A stretch of DNA of 64,000 nt. Source: Fistulifera solaris (taxonomy: Eukaryota). Where the stretch lies: positions 2,232,001 to 2,296,000 of the forward strand of contig AP026162.1 of assembly GCA_030295235.1 (NCBI GenBank), written 5' to 3'. The position numbers and the translations under genes are program-made. Below the pieces are notes generated by a model. That model was not told the DNA's origin, ran no database searches, and worked only from the letters and a program-made list of their open reading frames with translations. Position 1 is the first letter of the stretch. Every line of letters starts with the position of its first letter. Shown here in pieces: positions 61,687 to 64,000 of the stretch.

Positions 61687-63691
61687 ATGACTATTCTGGA
61701 CCCAGAGCAGACTTTCGCGTCACTCTCAGACGCCGTTGGTTTAGATGTCCGGCTCAAGAAGGCTGTCGCTCGGCTAGGGCACTCGCGGCCCACCTTGGTG
61801 CAATCCAAGTGCCTTCCTTTGGCAATTTCGTCGGGCAGAGACCTGTTGATTCGGGCAAAAACAGGATCGGGGAAAACATTGGGTTATCTTTTGCCCACTT
61901 TGCATAAAATTCTTTCGAAAAATAGCTCATCCGGGGGCATTGAAGCGGTGATTATGGTGCCTACTCGGGAGCTTTGCCATCAAGTTCAAAAAACCATCGA
62001 AAACCTTAGTTACTACTGCGACGATGCAATCACAGTGGCTGTGCTATCTATTGGAAAAGTTCGTGGTTCCAAATCGCGTCAGGATTTAGAGAGACAAGAA
62101 GCTAGTCTCCGAGATCAGCCCAACATTGTAGTTGCTACACCGAACGGGCTTCTTACCCACATTCGGTCGGGTGCCTTGGACATAAAAACCACTGTTCACA
62201 CCGTGGTCGTTGACGAGGCGGATTTGGTTCTTTCTTTCGGGTATTCCAATGATGTAGCTGAAATCATGAAGGCTCTGCCGCGCATTTATCAAGGTTTTCT
62301 CATGTCAGCAACACTTTCGCCGGACGTGGAATCGTTAAAGAAGGTCGTTCTGCATTCTCCGGTTGTACTTAAACTCGAACAAGACGACTCCCGCGACGCA
62401 AAATCAGGATCATTGAAACAGTTTTACGTGAGTCTGCCAAAAGAGGACAAAAAGCTGGTTATTTATGTTTTCCTTAAGCTGGGCTTGCTGAAAGGAAAAG
62501 GCATTTTCTTTGTTAATTCAACCGATGGGGGATACAGGCTGAAGTTGTTTCTTGAACAGTTTCATATCCGATCATCGGTTTTGAATGCAGAACTTCCTTA
62601 CAGAAGCCGCATGAATATTATTGAGCAGTTCAATGTTGGTAACTTTGACTATTTGATCGCAACAGACGAAAGTGCAGATGTTCGAAGTGAGCAGAGGAAA
62701 TCAGGTAATAGCGACGACGAAAGCGACAGCGACGAAGAGCAAAATACGAAAAAGGGGAAGAAGAAAGACTCTGAATACGGCGTAGCTAGAGGCTTGGATT
62801 TTCGAAACGTTTCTTTTGTTGTCAACGTTGACTTTCCTCCAAGTGCAAAATCTTACGCCCATCGTGTCGGACGAACAGCACGCGGTGGAGCGAAAGGAGT
62901 GGCTTTGAGTTTAGTCGACAATAAGTCTGCGGAAGAATTCCAAACTTTGTTGGCGGTCCAAGACGATCAACCCGCTCTCCCTGCTGGTGAATTACCGACG
63001 TTATCTGGTTCAAATGTCGACGACGCGGAAGCGTCATCATCTGCCGCTAAGGATATACCACAGCCGAGTCCCCTTGATTTTGATTTAGCCGAAATTGAAG
63101 GTTTTCGGTATCGAGTAGAGGATGTGGGTCGTGCGGTGACAAAGAATACGGTACGCGAAGCGCGAGCCAATGAACTGAAGATGGAACTTTTAAACTCGGA
63201 AAGGTTAGAAAGTCATTTCGATGAGAACCCTGCTGATTTGCAACTGCTTCGACATGATCGACTGGCGACGAATGTCTCCAAAGTGCTGGATCACTTAAAG
63301 CACGTGCCTAAATACTTGCTCCCGAAAGGGATGCAGGTAGCGAATCTGAACAAGAAGCGAAAGAAGAAAAAAAGTCAAACATGGAACGGGAGGCGAGCGA
63401 AGAAAAGACAACGACCCACTGCAATCATTTGGAGGAGACAAAAGTTTAAATGACGTCGACGGCGACATGGAGCACGATCCTCTGGTAGCTGAATTTATGG
63501 ATGATGGTACAGATGACGAAGAAGGTCCTACCAAGAAACAGAAAACGCAAGAGGTTTTTGCGAATACTCGCGATGGGACCGGTCAGAGCACGGCTGGTCG
63601 CAATGCATGGAAGCAAAAACACAGGAAGGGCCAGTTTAGTGGAAAGAAACGGAAGTCAGAGCGCAAGAAGAAAGATCCTTTGGGAATCTAG
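61687..63691 (+). CDS. DDX56: DEAD-box RNA helicase DDX56/Dbp9
   Basis: 'PTLVQ', 'AKTGSGKT', 'DEADLVLSFGY', 'SEYGVARGLDF', 'HRVGRTAR', 'EGFRYR' and 'HLKHVPKYL'. Frameshift near 63370-63400. Confidence 0.94.
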
Positions 63692-64000
63692 TTGGGCGTT
63701 GGGCATGATTAGCTTAGTTTATACCTCTAAAACTGTGATTTAGATTTTAAAGTGTCGACTCGAAGCATAAATATCGTACTCGTAGTAGACTAGTTCGTCT
63801 TACTAAGCAGATCTTCAAACAACCAGAATCTGGCTGTCAACGCGATCTATAGAATTTAAGATTCACGACTGAATTGCAGTCGTGGCGAAAAGTCGTCTTC
63901 ACTTTGGTTCATACTAAAATAGACAACGATACATAACGAGAGTTTCGACACAAATTATCCATTCTTGCGTTACAAAGACTGCAAATTGAATTGATTGTGT

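Overview
Gene-dense eukaryotic nuclear DNA, inferred to be from a diatom (probably pennate). Evidence: short GT-AG introns, bipartite signal plus xxxF plastid-targeting peptides, a diatom-style H3 variant, and HA-domain and RNI-like families. About 32 protein genes are supported, mostly housekeeping: ATP11, NAC-beta, AP-3 mu, DDX55, YchF, H3, Pol delta, IscU, MAD2, UBC6, DUS3, symplekin and DDX56. There is also one tRNA-Asp(GTC). Many conserved genes carry 1-nt frameshifts, mostly at homopolymer runs, which most likely reflect unpolished long-read assembly errors. Highlights: (1) an intronless LarA-superfamily (nickel-pincer) racemase/epimerase with the cofactor-binding residues conserved; (2) a multi-hairpin H/ACA RNA with U17/snR30-like architecture in an oversized DDX55 intron; (3) a 2.35-kb element with near-perfect ~156-bp terminal inverted repeats, no clear TSD, and a 20-bp exact match to the neighbouring gene's promoter; (4) a likely M1AP (meiosis 1 arrest protein) homologue; (5) an unassigned multi-hairpin RNA-like segment at ~2.4-2.7 kb; (6) a higher-order repeat built on a palindromic core; (7) a remodelled CysB motif and an RLRGG motif in Pol delta. 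All identifications come from reading motifs by eye; no searches were run.
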